IMG/VR virus record: IMGVR_UViG_3300030061_002970
Reading direction: 5' to 3' (one strand)
From: a virus
DNA length: 64,000 nucleotides
Shown: positions 41,782-51,051 of the stretch, in pieces
Numbering within the stretch: the first letter of the stretch is position 1
Layout: each line of letters starts with the position of its first letter
Translations under genes and position numbers: made by a program
Notes under the pieces: generated by a model
Databases searched by the model: none
What the model was told of the DNA's origin: nothing
Seen by the model: only the letters and a program-made list of their open reading frames with translations

Positions 41782-42156
41782 ATGAAAAAACTAGTATTAA
41801 TATTATTATTGTTTACACCAGTATGGGCCTTTACTCAGACACACACTTTTACTGAAAAAGAAGTAGTTAAAATGGACTCACTATTTCAAGTATACGAACA
41901 AACAGATAGTTTACAAAAATTAGAGATTAACCTACTTAAGACTCAGATAACAAATTATAGAACCCTACACACCCAAGATAGCTTACATATAGCTTTTATG
42001 AATGAAAAAACAGACCTATTAAACCAAAGAATAGATTTATATATAGATTTGACAAAAGAATTAAGACCTAAGTGGTATAATAAACCTGTAGTTCACTTCT
42101 TTTTAGGTGCAGCAACAATTGTTACGGCTTCTTGGGTCGTATCTAACGTTAAGTAG
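41782..42156 (+). CDS. Signal-peptide, coiled-coil protein with C-terminal hydrophobic anchor
   Basis: MKKLVLILLLFTPVWA and PKWYNKP..FFLGAATIV. Confidence 0.6.
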   Translation: MKKLVLILLLFTPVWAFTQTHTFTEKEVVKMDSLFQVYEQTDSLQKLEINLLKTQITNYRTLHTQDSLHIAFMNEKTDLLNQRIDLYIDLTKELRPKWYNKPVVHFFLGAATIVTASWVVSNVK

Positions 42157-42168
42157 TATTTATAAGTA

Positions 42169-42411
42169 ATGGCATTAACAAAAACAGATAAAGACGAAAT
42201 TGCAAGAATCGCGAGAAAAGAGATGAAAGATTTCATGTCTAAACCCCAATTTAAAAATGAGGTACAAAAAGTAGTGGCTGATGAAATTAAAAGAGGACGA
42301 AATACTAGAACCGAGATTGTTGATATTGTAAGTAAAGTTATGTTAGAGTTATATAAGACATTCTGGTTTAGACGTAGTATGTGGCAATCAGAAATAAAAA
42401 GAGTAAGATAA
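42169..42411 (+). CDS. Hypothetical protein (late-motif gene)
   Basis: TATTTATA at 42157. Confidence 0.6.
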   Translation: MALTKTDKDEIARIARKEMKDFMSKPQFKNEVQKVVADEIKRGRNTRTEIVDIVSKVMLELYKTFWFRRSMWQSEIKRVR

Positions 42412-43043
42412 TGGGAATAAAAGATAATTTTGAAAAAGGGTTAAATAAGGCAATAGAAGGTAAAGATAAAATGTGGTTTAAATCTCTACTTAAAAATGCT
42501 AAAAATCTAGAAGAAAAAGAAACGGAAGAAGAGATGGAAGAAGCTACAACATCTGCAAGTGCAGGTGCGTTTATGGCTCCTTTGGGTGTAGACCCTAGAT
42601 TTGCAAAGAAAAAGAAAGAGAAAAAAGAAGAGGTTGGTGAAGCTACGACATCTGCAAGTTCCGGCCAATACGTAACACCACAAATGTGGGCAAAAAATGA
42701 TAAGAATTGGAGAGGTGGGGCAAAAACTCAATGGCCTGGTGGAAAATTTGTAAAAGTTAAAGATAAGTGTAAAAGATTTCCATACTGTAACCAAGGAGAT
42801 ATAAATGCTTTAGATTTATATGAAAATAAAAAAATTACAAAAGCTATTGAGGAAGTTGCAAAGAAAACAGGAAAAGATAAAAACTATATAAAAGAATTAG
42901 TAAAAAAAGATTTAGAGGAGATTATAAGACGTAGCATTTATAAATCACCAATAACCTCTATACTAGGACCAAAAAGTAAAATGAATACACCAATAGGTAA
43001 AATATTCACAATGGGTTCAAATGTGGGGGGAAAATACGAATAA
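42411..43043 (+). CDS. Hypothetical probable head-associated protein with duplicated EATTSAS motif
   Basis: ATG 42411 overlaps the upstream TAA. EATTSAS occurs at 42540 and 42639. Confidence 0.6.
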   Translation: MGIKDNFEKGLNKAIEGKDKMWFKSLLKNAKNLEEKETEEEMEEATTSASAGAFMAPLGVDPRFAKKKKEKKEEVGEATTSASSGQYVTPQMWAKNDKNWRGGAKTQWPGGKFVKVKDKCKRFPYCNQGDINALDLYENKKITKAIEEVAKKTGKDKNYIKELVKKDLEEIIRRSIYKSPITSILGPKSKMNTPIGKIFTMGSNVGGKYE

Positions 43044-43069
43044 ATAGATATTTATAATAAAAAGAAATT

Positions 43070-43990
43070 ATGTCAATTAAAAATACAGTATTAGCTTCAA
43101 GTCCGGATTTAAATAAAATCATAGAAAAAGCAGTGAAAAGAATTGGTGAAAATCATTCACTAGCTAGAGATAATAAAGGTGTGGAAATGAAACCAGCTGA
43201 AATAGAAGAAGATAGAAAAGAATGGAGAAAATCTGAGGTTATAGAAGAATCTTTAAAAGCTGTTGCTGATGAAATGGCAGAAAAAATGGTATTAGAGAAT
43301 ACAATAGATAACATGGTAAAAGATGTACTAAAAGACGAAAATAAAAATAGTGCAAAAAAAGAATTAAAAATAGAAGAGGGAACTAAGAGTGTGATTAAAA
43401 AATTAATAAATAAAAAATTAAATAATATATCCGAAGCTAGTAAAGTACCTGGGTACGATGCTTATGAAAAAGCTGTTAAAAAATCTAAAAATCAAAATGA
43501 CACAGCTATGAAAGATACTAAAAAGAAATTTAAAGAGTACGAAACTTTTGAAGGAGGTGAAAGTCCAGATTTCCCACACCAGGAAAACTCAAAAACTAAC
43601 GCTGACGGACAATTTCAGTACTACAGAAATAATGAAGAGTCTGATGAATTTATAGAAGATTTTGGGTATCCAGGATTGATAGACTTTGACATTAATAATT
43701 TAAATATGGAAAAATTAGTAGACTATTTAGAAGGTTCATCTGAAACAGGAAATGCACAAACCGATAAGGATGGGAACGCGTTAGGTAACGTGGTACCAAG
43801 TGACCTAGGTGAAAAAATGATAAAATCATCAGAAAGAAGAAAGAAAAAAATAGCTGATGAAAAAGATTCAATGACAAATTTAAGAGGTTACACACCAGAT
43901 GTACAAAAAGTAAAACAAGTAAAGGAAGGTGTAGGCTCGGATATAGAAGAAATGAAAAAATTGTGGGCATATAATAAAAAGACACAATAA
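43070..43990 (+). CDS. Hypothetical charged protein, probable head-internal
   Basis: TATTTATA at 43049 and many (I/L)xE motifs. Confidence 0.6.
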   Translation: MSIKNTVLASSPDLNKIIEKAVKRIGENHSLARDNKGVEMKPAEIEEDRKEWRKSEVIEESLKAVADEMAEKMVLENTIDNMVKDVLKDENKNSAKKELKIEEGTKSVIKKLINKKLNNISEASKVPGYDAYEKAVKKSKNQNDTAMKDTKKKFKEYETFEGGESPDFPHQENSKTNADGQFQYYRNNEESDEFIEDFGYPGLIDFDINNLNMEKLVDYLEGSSETGNAQTDKDGNALGNVVPSDLGEKMIKSSERRKKKIADEKDSMTNLRGYTPDVQKVKQVKEGVGSDIEEMKKLWAYNKKTQ

Positions 43991-44039
43991 ATCTATTTAC
44001 CAACCAATCTCTATACCTATCTTTAAAATAGCAAAAGAT

Positions 44040-44513
44040 ATGGAAAGAAGAAGATTATTACCTGAAGAATTTTTAAATTATGTGACTAAAACTATTAGTC
44101 CTGAAGAAACACGCATATGGGTTAAGGTCAATAATATTAATACAGAAAAAACAGAATTATTCTTTGACTTAATAATATCTTTATTCTATCTTATAGAAGA
44201 AACATATTTGGGAAAAGACGTAATAAAAAATGAAGAACAACAAGAAGGACATTTTTTATGGTGTTGGAATAAAACATTAGAAAATTTTAAAAAAGAAAAC
44301 ATTAACTTTAAAGATAAGGGGGAACACTATAACTATTTTTATAACTTCTTCTACGAAGGGTTCTATAATAATGAAATAGATGAGAAAATCCCCAAACTAA
44401 AAAAATTTTTAGAAGAATTATTCCAACTATATAAATTAAAAACAGAGTCTGAATTAGATATGTTAGCAGAAATTTATAAGATATTAGAAAATAACTTGAC
44501 TGTTAATAAATAA
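44040..44513 (+). CDS. Hypothetical protein
   Basis: 157-aa ORF. Confidence 0.65.
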   Translation: MERRRLLPEEFLNYVTKTISPEETRIWVKVNNINTEKTELFFDLIISLFYLIEETYLGKDVIKNEEQQEGHFLWCWNKTLENFKKENINFKDKGEHYNYFYNFFYEGFYNNEIDEKIPKLKKFLEELFQLYKLKTESELDMLAEIYKILENNLTVNK

Positions 44514-44524
44514 TTTTTTAAAAT
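44496..44524 (+). promoter_or_regulatory. sigma70-type promoter TTGACT-N17-TAAAAT, predicted +1 on ATG 44531
   Basis: Read directly from the sequence. Confidence 0.65.
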
Positions 44525-44530
44525 TAAAAT

Positions 44531-44746
44531 ATGAGAATACTTAATATAATTAGTAATGAGTTAATTATTGAAAAACAAAAATTAGAAAATGATTTGGAGA
44601 GAGTTTTAAATAATACTGAACTTTCTACTGAAAAAGTAGTTGACCAATCAATAGAACTATTAAATAAACTAACACAAGTTAGTAATACAATATTAACTTG
44701 GGAGTCGTACATAAATAAAGAAAAAGAAGAAAATAAAAAAAATTAA
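44531..44746 (+). CDS. Hypothetical protein
   Basis: 71-aa ORF directly after the promoter. Confidence 0.6.
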   Translation: MRILNIISNELIIEKQKLENDLERVLNNTELSTEKVVDQSIELLNKLTQVSNTILTWESYINKEKEENKKN

Positions 44747-44747
44747 T

Positions 44748-44921
44748 ATGGAAACATTAACACAATTAGAAACACTAGTAACGTCTATTAAAGTAGACGC
44801 TGAAAAATTTTTTGACAAAAAAAATAAAAGTGCTGGAATCAGAGCTAGAAAATCTGCACAAGAATTAAAAGCGGTACTACAAACTTTAAGAAAAGAAATA
44901 TTAGAAGAAAGTAAAAAATAA
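44748..44921 (+). CDS. Histone H1-like (Hc1 family) nucleoid-binding protein, 57 aa, not in the ORF track
   Basis: Translated by hand: METLTQLETLVTSIKVDAEKFFDKKNKSAGIRARKSAQELKAVLQTLRKEILEESKK. The DAEKF..K.NK.AG.RARK motif is the Hc1 signature. Confidence 0.8.
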   Translation: METLTQLETLVTSIKVDAEKFFDKKNKSAGIRARKSAQELKAVLQTLRKEILEESKK

Positions 44922-45101
44922 ATGAATAGTTGGATTTATACTTTAATGTTTATATTTTCTCTACTGGTAATCGGTAGAAATATTTTTTTAGTTGTGACTA
45001 AATTATTTTCAGCTGAACCGTCACCCTACAAAATAAACTATGTAGAATTACTACTATTGGGTATTTGTGTATCCTATTCATTAACATTCATCATACATTA
45101 A
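44922..45101 (+). CDS. Small two-TM membrane protein, 59 aa, not in the ORF track
   Basis: MNSWIYTLMFIFSLLVIG...LLLLGICVSYSLTFIIH. Exactly fills the gap between its neighbours. Confidence 0.65.
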   Translation: MNSWIYTLMFIFSLLVIGRNIFLVVTKLFSAEPSPYKINYVELLLLGICVSYSLTFIIH

Positions 45102-45569
45102 ATGACTTTATACGAACAAATATCAAAATTAGGTGGGTACTTCAATAGCCTTAGATTACATGAAGGTCTATTAGTAGTGGACTTAAAGCTACCTATAGAA
45201 TGGAAAGTAAAAGAAATAGTAGGTAGTAGAGGAAATAAAATACAACTACAAGAAGGTAGTAAAAGTAAAACACAAAAAATAATTTCATTTTTTTCTTCTT
45301 TTGACGAACAAGAAAGTGAAATATTAGAGGAAGAAGTTTTAGCTGTGATAAAATGGAATAAGGAAAGAGAAGAAAAACAATTACTACTACAACAAAAAAT
45401 GGTAGAGCTAGAAAAAGTTTTTCATGAAAATGATATAAATTCTTTAAGAAATTTAGATATAAATTTTAAAACAAGTATGTTAAATTTAAATGGAGAAACA
45501 AAAATTGAGCCGTTGGTTAGAGAAGGAAATGGAGAAGGACCAGAAGGAAATACTTCACCACAAGAATAA
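45102..45569 (+). CDS. Hypothetical protein
   Basis: 155-aa ORF. Confidence 0.6.
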   Translation: MTLYEQISKLGGYFNSLRLHEGLLVVDLKLPIEWKVKEIVGSRGNKIQLQEGSKSKTQKIISFFSSFDEQESEILEEEVLAVIKWNKEREEKQLLLQQKMVELEKVFHENDINSLRNLDINFKTSMLNLNGETKIEPLVREGNGEGPEGNTSPQE

Positions 45570-45678
45570 AATAATCAACCAAATAAAAAAAGAAGGTGTA
45601 AAAGGAATCATACCTATACCTAAACCTAAAAAACAAAATGGAATATGGAAGAAAATCAAAAAGTTTTTAGGTATTTAG
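45490..45678 (+). CDS. Hypothetical protein
   Basis: 62-aa ORF with an amphipathic C-terminus (WKKIKKFLGI). Confidence 0.5.
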   Translation: MEKQKLSRWLEKEMEKDQKEILHHKNKIINQIKKEGVKGIIPIPKPKKQNGIWKKIKKFLGI

Positions 45679-45878
45679 GTGAATGTGCTACTATAGCTGA
45701 AAAACTAGAAAAAGAAAATTTATTTACCTCCTCAAAAGTTACACTATCCACAAATTCAAAAAATTATTTAGAAATAATTAAAGAAATAGAAGATTTTGTT
45801 AAAATGCGTATAAATAGAGAACAACCAACTATATCCCTAACAATAGGTAGGACAGAGTTTATATTTAATAAAGACTAA
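45645..45878 (+). CDS. Hypothetical protein
   Basis: 77-aa ORF. Confidence 0.55.
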   Translation: MEENQKVFRYLGECATIAEKLEKENLFTSSKVTLSTNSKNYLEIIKEIEDFVKMRINREQPTISLTIGRTEFIFNKD

Positions 45879-46510
45879 TAAGTGAATTGTTTCCTCAAAA
45901 ATTCTCTACTGTAACCCTCACCAACCAATAAATCATAAAGTTGTTTACGTTGTACTGTATTGGTATCTGAAACAAATAAACAATCATATCTACCACTATC
46001 TAAGAATTCCAGTTCTATAATTCTTAATAACCTAGTGGAATCAGCAATTGTTTTTAAACTAAAAACATTAAATACCTCATCTTTTTGTATTATAAATTTA
46101 TTGTTTAAAGTGAAAACTTGTTTAAAATCTTTAGAAGATAAGTAAGAATCCACTAAATCACCAAAAGAAATTTTACTCTTTGTTGTGTGATTATAAATCA
46201 TCTCCTCCTTCCAGTAAGGTAATAATTTAATTATGTTGTAACTAGATTCACCTAAAGTAATCTTTTTATTTCTACCTAGTTCATCTTTAACAAAGATACT
46301 TTCTTTTGCTGTCTCAGTTGTTATTATAGACAACTCAAACATAACTTTCTTACGGGAAATATATTCTGTTACGAATTTAGGCTTTTTTTCTCCGATAAGT
46401 TTATTATATTTGTTTAAAATACTTTTTTTACTATTTGAAGAAAAGAAGACTTTACTCCTTTCTCCATTTTTAAATAAAACTATTTTGTATTTATTACGAT
46501 TATAACTCAT
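45875..46510 (-). CDS. Hypothetical protein
   Basis: 211-aa ORF filling a gap that has no long + strand ORF. Confidence 0.7.
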   Translation of the reverse strand: MSYNRNKYKIVLFKNGERSKVFFSSNSKKSILNKYNKLIGEKKPKFVTEYISRKKVMFELSIITTETAKESIFVKDELGRNKKITLGESSYNIIKLLPYWKEEMIYNHTTKSKISFGDLVDSYLSSKDFKQVFTLNNKFIIQKDEVFNVFSLKTIADSTRLLRIIELEFLDSGRYDCLFVSDTNTVQRKQLYDLLVGEGYSREFLRKQFTY

Positions 46511-47518
46511 ATGAATAAAGATTACTATAAAACTCTAAATATAAATAGAAATGCGACTCAAGATGAGGTAAAAAAGTCATTTCGTAATTTATCGAAACAA
46601 CATCACCCAGATAAGGGTGGTGATGAAAATATTTTTAAAGAAATATCCGAAGCGTACGACACACTAGGTGACCCAACTAAAAGACAGGACTACAACCATA
46701 AATTAGATAACCCTTTTAGTAATGGTGGGGATGTAAATATGGAAGATGTTTTCAATAACTTTTTTAGGCAAAATCAACAACGTAGACAAGTTAGGAGGGG
46801 TAAGAATTTAAGTATACCATTAACAGTATCTTTAGATGATGTATTTTTTGGTAGAGTAAAAAAGTTACGTTACAATAGAAATGTAAATTGTGACGGTTGT
46901 AATGGTGGGGGTGGTCAAACCAAACCTTGTGGGCACTGTCACGGTAGAGGTATATTAGAACAAGCGGTTGGTAATGCTTTTTTTAGACAAATAAGACAAG
47001 TACAATGCCCAAACTGTAGTGGTAAAGGTAAAATATTATTAAATGCTTGTGGTAAATGTGGTGGTGTTGGAAAAAATAAAAAAGAAAATACTATAGATTT
47101 TGAAATACCTAAAAACCTAATGACAGGTCAAGTGTATACTTTTAGGGGTATGGGGGAAGAAATAGAAAATGGACACCCAGGAGACCTACAAATACAAGTG
47201 GTTATTGCTAGACATAGTGATTTTAAAATATCTGATAGAGACTTAATTTATGAACCAGAAATTAGCATTTTAGATTTACTATTAGGTAGAATTGTAGAAA
47301 TACCCTATTTTGGTGGTTATATAAATACTAATATTCCACCATGTAGTTCACCAAACACTTCATTTAAGGTTGGTGGTAAAGGACTTTTAAAAAGCAACGG
47401 GTTAAACGGTGACATCTTAGTCAAACCAATAATTAAAATGCCTACAAGATTAACTAAACAAGAAGAAGACATATTAAGGAATTTATATAATTCAGAAAAC
47501 TTTATAAGAGGGATATAA
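46511..47518 (+). CDS. dnaJ: DnaJ (Hsp40) chaperone with zinc-finger domain
   Basis: DYYKTL, HPDKGG, four CxxCxGxG repeats and a C-terminal domain. Confidence 0.92.
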   Translation: MNKDYYKTLNINRNATQDEVKKSFRNLSKQHHPDKGGDENIFKEISEAYDTLGDPTKRQDYNHKLDNPFSNGGDVNMEDVFNNFFRQNQQRRQVRRGKNLSIPLTVSLDDVFFGRVKKLRYNRNVNCDGCNGGGGQTKPCGHCHGRGILEQAVGNAFFRQIRQVQCPNCSGKGKILLNACGKCGGVGKNKKENTIDFEIPKNLMTGQVYTFRGMGEEIENGHPGDLQIQVVIARHSDFKISDRDLIYEPEISILDLLLGRIVEIPYFGGYINTNIPPCSSPNTSFKVGGKGLLKSNGLNGDILVKPIIKMPTRLTKQEEDILRNLYNSENFIRGI

Positions 47519-47720
47519 TAAATTTTATTACAGTTATATAACCTATAATCATAGGTATGAAACCAAATACTATCACAGTAAATCTTTCCCCAGGACTTAC
47601 CTGTCCCAAAGTCTTATCGTATACTTGTTCTTCCATAGTTCTAGAAGCATTTAGAAGGTTTTTTTGAATCCTACCAGCTTCGTTCATTATTTTTTTTGAT
47701 TTACATGATTTACAAGACAT
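47502..47720 (-). CDS. Small membrane protein with N-terminal CxxC
   Basis: MSCKSCK... plus a C-terminal TM. Late motif on the - strand at 47739-45. Confidence 0.6.
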   Translation of the reverse strand: MSCKSCKSKKIMNEAGRIQKNLLNASRTMEEQVYDKTLGQVSPGERFTVIVFGFIPMIIGYITVIKFIISLL

Positions 47721-47770
47721 TTTATTTTTTCTTTAAACATAAATAGTAAAATTTAACAAGTAAATAAAAC

Positions 47771-47799
47771 TTGAAATTCACATCAAAATATATTATTAT
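47771..47799 (+). promoter_or_regulatory. sigma70-type promoter TTGAAA-N17-TATTAT, predicted +1 on ATG 47806
   Basis: Read directly from the sequence. Confidence 0.55.
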
Positions 47800-47805
47800 T
47801 TTACC

Positions 47806-48981
47806 ATGGGAGAACAAACAACAATATTTGATATTATAGAAGAAGAAGACATTTTTGATTTTGATGGTAATAAACAAAATCTTATAGATAATCTAGACAT
47901 GCTTAAAGAAATGTCGGTAGAAGAACAAACACTTTATAAAAAGTGGCAAGAAATGAATAAGGGTGGTAAGATGGCCAAGGTAAAAAATAAATTATATAAT
48001 TACCGAACAAATCTATGGGTACCATCAGATTTAAATGACTTAAACCACACCATAAAACAAATTGAAGATTTAGAACCTTATGTTGAAATGGCAACACCAG
48101 GAAAAGGTGTTACCGAATGGGTAAACTATCGTAAACTCATCCATACAATGGAATGGGTTGCAAATCCTGGACGTAATATGAAATTCTGGGTAAGAGATAG
48201 GAAAACTAACAAAGTCCTTGGTTTGATTTGTTTAGGGTCTGATGTTACCAGTATTAAAGTTAGAGATGCCTACATAGGGTGGGATAAAACAAATAAATTT
48301 GACCAACACAAACTAAATAATACAGCGATAGCTACTACAATATGTTCGACCCAACCAGGAGGGTATAATATGTTAATGGGGAAGTTAGTTGCCGCATTAA
48401 CAACCTGTAAGACAATTAGAGATGCGTGGGAAGAAAAATATGGTGATAAACTAATTGCTGTAGGAACAACATCTTTATACGGAATCAACTCCATGTACAA
48501 CGGAATGCCACACTTCAAAACAATGGGTGAAACATCTGGTAAGGTTAGACTAAAACCAGACGATAGTGCGTACCTACCTTGGAACAAATGGTTGAAAGAT
48601 ACTCACCCAGAAGAACATAAGAAAGCTATAAGTGCTACAGGACCTAAACAGAACATACTTAACAAGGTTTTTAAACATTGTGGTATAAAGGGTTCAGATT
48701 ATGACCACGGATTTAAGAGAGGAGTCTATCTTGCAATGATGTATGACAATGGTTGTGAGTTCTTAAGAGGGGAGATAGAAGAAAAAGACTTGAAAATAAA
48801 GAAAAAATTCCAAGACGATATCCCATACACAGATAAATGGTGGAAGAAAAAAGCAATTAGAAGGTATGAAAATATGTACAAACAAGATAGAATTAAGCCA
48901 GAACAACTATTCTATTGGGATGTGATTGACTTATCCTGGGAAGAAACAAAAGAAAAATATATAAAAGAAGTAGGAAGATAA
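47806..48981 (+). CDS. DruA/DUF4338-like protein
   Basis: PGRNMKFWVRD..T.KVLG.I.LGS, RDAYIGW, QP.GYN.L.GKLVA, W.EKYGD and TTSLYG. Confidence 0.7.
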   Translation: MGEQTTIFDIIEEEDIFDFDGNKQNLIDNLDMLKEMSVEEQTLYKKWQEMNKGGKMAKVKNKLYNYRTNLWVPSDLNDLNHTIKQIEDLEPYVEMATPGKGVTEWVNYRKLIHTMEWVANPGRNMKFWVRDRKTNKVLGLICLGSDVTSIKVRDAYIGWDKTNKFDQHKLNNTAIATTICSTQPGGYNMLMGKLVAALTTCKTIRDAWEEKYGDKLIAVGTTSLYGINSMYNGMPHFKTMGETSGKVRLKPDDSAYLPWNKWLKDTHPEEHKKAISATGPKQNILNKVFKHCGIKGSDYDHGFKRGVYLAMMYDNGCEFLRGEIEEKDLKIKKKFQDDIPYTDKWWKKKAIRRYENMYKQDRIKPEQLFYWDVIDLSWEETKEKYIKEVGR

Positions 48982-48982
48982 T

Positions 48983-49177
48983 ATGGCAGACACAAAATTA
49001 TTAATAGCATTATTCGTTTTAGAAGTAGTAGCTTTCGGATGGTTAATTTGGGAGGCAAAAATAGGAAGAGAGAAAAGAGAGCAAATAATCCAACTAGAGA
49101 ATCAAATATTAAAACTAGAAAGAGTTATAATAGCAATGGAAAAAACAATAATTAAAAAAATAGATAAAAAGAAATAA
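48983..49177 (+). CDS. Small TM/coiled-coil protein
   Basis: 64-aa ORF. Confidence 0.55.
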   Translation: MADTKLLIALFVLEVVAFGWLIWEAKIGREKREQIIQLENQILKLERVIIAMEKTIIKKIDKKK

Positions 49178-49178
49178 A

Positions 49179-49739
49179 ATGGAAGAAATATTAATTTACA
49201 CACAACATTACGCAAATAGTATAACCGAAGTCTATTTAACGGAAGACAAAAAAACAGTAATACAAAAAAAATGTCTTTATTCTTCATGTGGGGAATACAC
49301 ATATGATATTGAAGAGTATTTGGAGAAAAAAATGGTTGGTTACAGACAAATTAGAAAAAAAGTTAATAAAACTAACTATGTTTTAGACATAGACGGGACA
49401 TTATGTGAAGATATACCTAATGAACAGTTTGATAGGATGTCTGACGCAAAACCACATCATAATGCAATAGAAACAATTAATAAGTGGTACGAAGAAGGAA
49501 ATATAATTACATTTTTTACATCTAGAAAAGAAGAACATAGAGAAATTACTGAACAGTGGTTAAGAAATAACGAAGTGAGATGGCATCATATAATTTTTGG
49601 TAAACCAAGAATTCACGAAGATGTTACAGGATATCATTATATAGATAACCATAAAGTTAGAGCTACTAGATATAAAGAAGATAGTGTATGGGGGGAACTG
49701 ATAAGTGCGACAAAAGAAATAAAAGTTTTTCCTAAATAA
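49179..49739 (+). CDS. HAD-family phosphatase with an N-terminal extension
   Basis: VLDIDGTL, FFTSR, FGKPR and YIDN. Confidence 0.8.
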   Translation: MEEILIYTQHYANSITEVYLTEDKKTVIQKKCLYSSCGEYTYDIEEYLEKKMVGYRQIRKKVNKTNYVLDIDGTLCEDIPNEQFDRMSDAKPHHNAIETINKWYEEGNIITFFTSRKEEHREITEQWLRNNEVRWHHIIFGKPRIHEDVTGYHYIDNHKVRATRYKEDSVWGELISATKEIKVFPK

Positions 49740-49763
49740 TGTAATAAAATAATAAAAAAGTCG

Positions 49764-49771
49764 TATATTTG
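49764..49771 (+). promoter_or_regulatory. Bacteroidota-type -7 element TATATTTG, 4 nt before ATG 49776
   Basis: Matches TAnnTTTG. Confidence 0.55.
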
Positions 49772-49775
49772 TACT

Positions 49776-50024
49776 ATGGAAACAAAAGAAAAATCAAACT
49801 GGGACACATACGACTTTCAAGACTGGGTTATTAGAAACATCCATCTTGTCTTAGGAGGAAAAGAACTAGATTTATTTCTAAAAAATAATTTTGGGTATAA
49901 TGACCTAAAACTTTTTGGTAAATTAGAACAAGCAGAAAATCTAAAAAGTGCATACCAAAATAGAATGTTTGATAAGATGATTACCTATAGTGGTAATTTA
50001 AAATGGACTAGTATTAATTTTTAA
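49776..50024 (+). CDS. Hypothetical protein
   Basis: 82-aa ORF. Confidence 0.6.
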   Translation: METKEKSNWDTYDFQDWVIRNIHLVLGGKELDLFLKNNFGYNDLKLFGKLEQAENLKSAYQNRMFDKMITYSGNLKWTSINF

Positions 50025-50037
50025 AAAGTAAAATAAA

Positions 50038-50322
50038 ATGGGTGGAAGTACAATAATGGAAAAAAGAGGTCACCACATATGTAAAATGGTGAATTACGAA
50101 GTTAGACAAAAAATAACAAGAGAAACTTCAAAAAGGGTAGGTGGTAAAATAGTAAAAACTCCAGGTAATGTGGAAGTTATGATTTACAAAAATAAAACCA
50201 AGATAGAAGGTGGGATGAAGGACATCAAACTAGCAGCACAAAAAATATATGATATCCTTAAAAAAGAAGGTAAAACAACTACTGTAGATAAGAGGTTAAT
50301 TAAAAAATATAATTTGACATAA
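50038..50322 (+). CDS. Hypothetical basic protein
   Basis: 94-aa ORF. Confidence 0.6.
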   Translation: MGGSTIMEKRGHHICKMVNYEVRQKITRETSKRVGGKIVKTPGNVEVMIYKNKTKIEGGMKDIKLAAQKIYDILKKEGKTTTVDKRLIKKYNLT

Positions 50323-50327
50323 TATTT

Positions 50328-50657
50328 ATGTATATGGAGGTTAACATACATATCTATTTAAAAAAACTAAGAGACTTTTTTGAAAACGATAAAGAGGCTA
50401 GGGAGGACATGTTTGGGCACACACAAGTAGATATGGAGGAATTTTTTAAAATGGTCACCGAACAAGCGACCATCAACAACAAAAAAAATGGTGACCCTAT
50501 GTTAAGTGGTACGGAAATGTTAGATATAGTAACGGACTTAGCTCTAAAAGATGTAGAAAAAGAATTAGACACCAAACAGTTTGTTAAAAGACAAAAAGAG
50601 ATTGAAAAAGTATTCGTACACTTAAAAGAAGGGTTCCCACCTTTTTGTCTCAACTAA
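50328..50657 (+). CDS. Hypothetical protein
   Basis: 109-aa ORF; the start may be 50334. Confidence 0.6.
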   Translation: MYMEVNIHIYLKKLRDFFENDKEAREDMFGHTQVDMEEFFKMVTEQATINNKKNGDPMLSGTEMLDIVTDLALKDVEKELDTKQFVKRQKEIEKVFVHLKEGFPPFCLN

Positions 50658-50671
50658 ATTAAATATCCTTA

Positions 50672-50700
50672 TTGACAATAATTTAACAATTAATTAATTT
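50672..50700 (+). promoter_or_regulatory. sigma70-type promoter TTGACA-N17-TAATTT, predicted +1 on ATG 50707
   Basis: Read directly from the sequence. Confidence 0.6.
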
Positions 50701-50706
50701 TAATTC

Positions 50707-51051
50707 ATGACAAATAAACTTGATAAATCTAAAGAAGCTGTTAATGACTTATTATTACAAAATTACACACCCGTTTTAATGGTTAAATTATCCACACCTT
50801 CAACAATAAGACTAGGTGAAAATTTAGAAAAATTTGCATTAGACATAAGTAAAAAAACCGGATATGAGGTATTAATGTTCCCTAATGAAGAGGAAACAGA
50901 TTTAAAATTAGTTAGTGTCTGTGGGACCAAAACAGAAGAAATAGAAGAATTAAGAGAGTATATTTTTACTAAATATAAATCTCAAAGTTTAGAAAATACA
51001 CCATTCACAAAGATTAGGGATATAGTTAAAAAAAATAAAAATGAAGAATAA
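50707..51051 (+). CDS. Hypothetical protein
   Basis: 114-aa ORF. Confidence 0.6.
   Translation: MTNKLDKSKEAVNDLLLQNYTPVLMVKLSTPSTIRLGENLEKFALDISKKTGYEVLMFPNEEETDLKLVSVCGTKTEEIEELREYIFTKYKSQSLENTPFTKIRDIVKKNKNEE

Noticed and set aside
41463-42156. Classical i-spanin/o-spanin pair
   Set aside because: The second protein has no lipobox Cys; kept only as a possible lysis accessory.
47806-48981. Complete Druantia defence system
   Set aside because: No DruE helicase or other Dru genes in the window.
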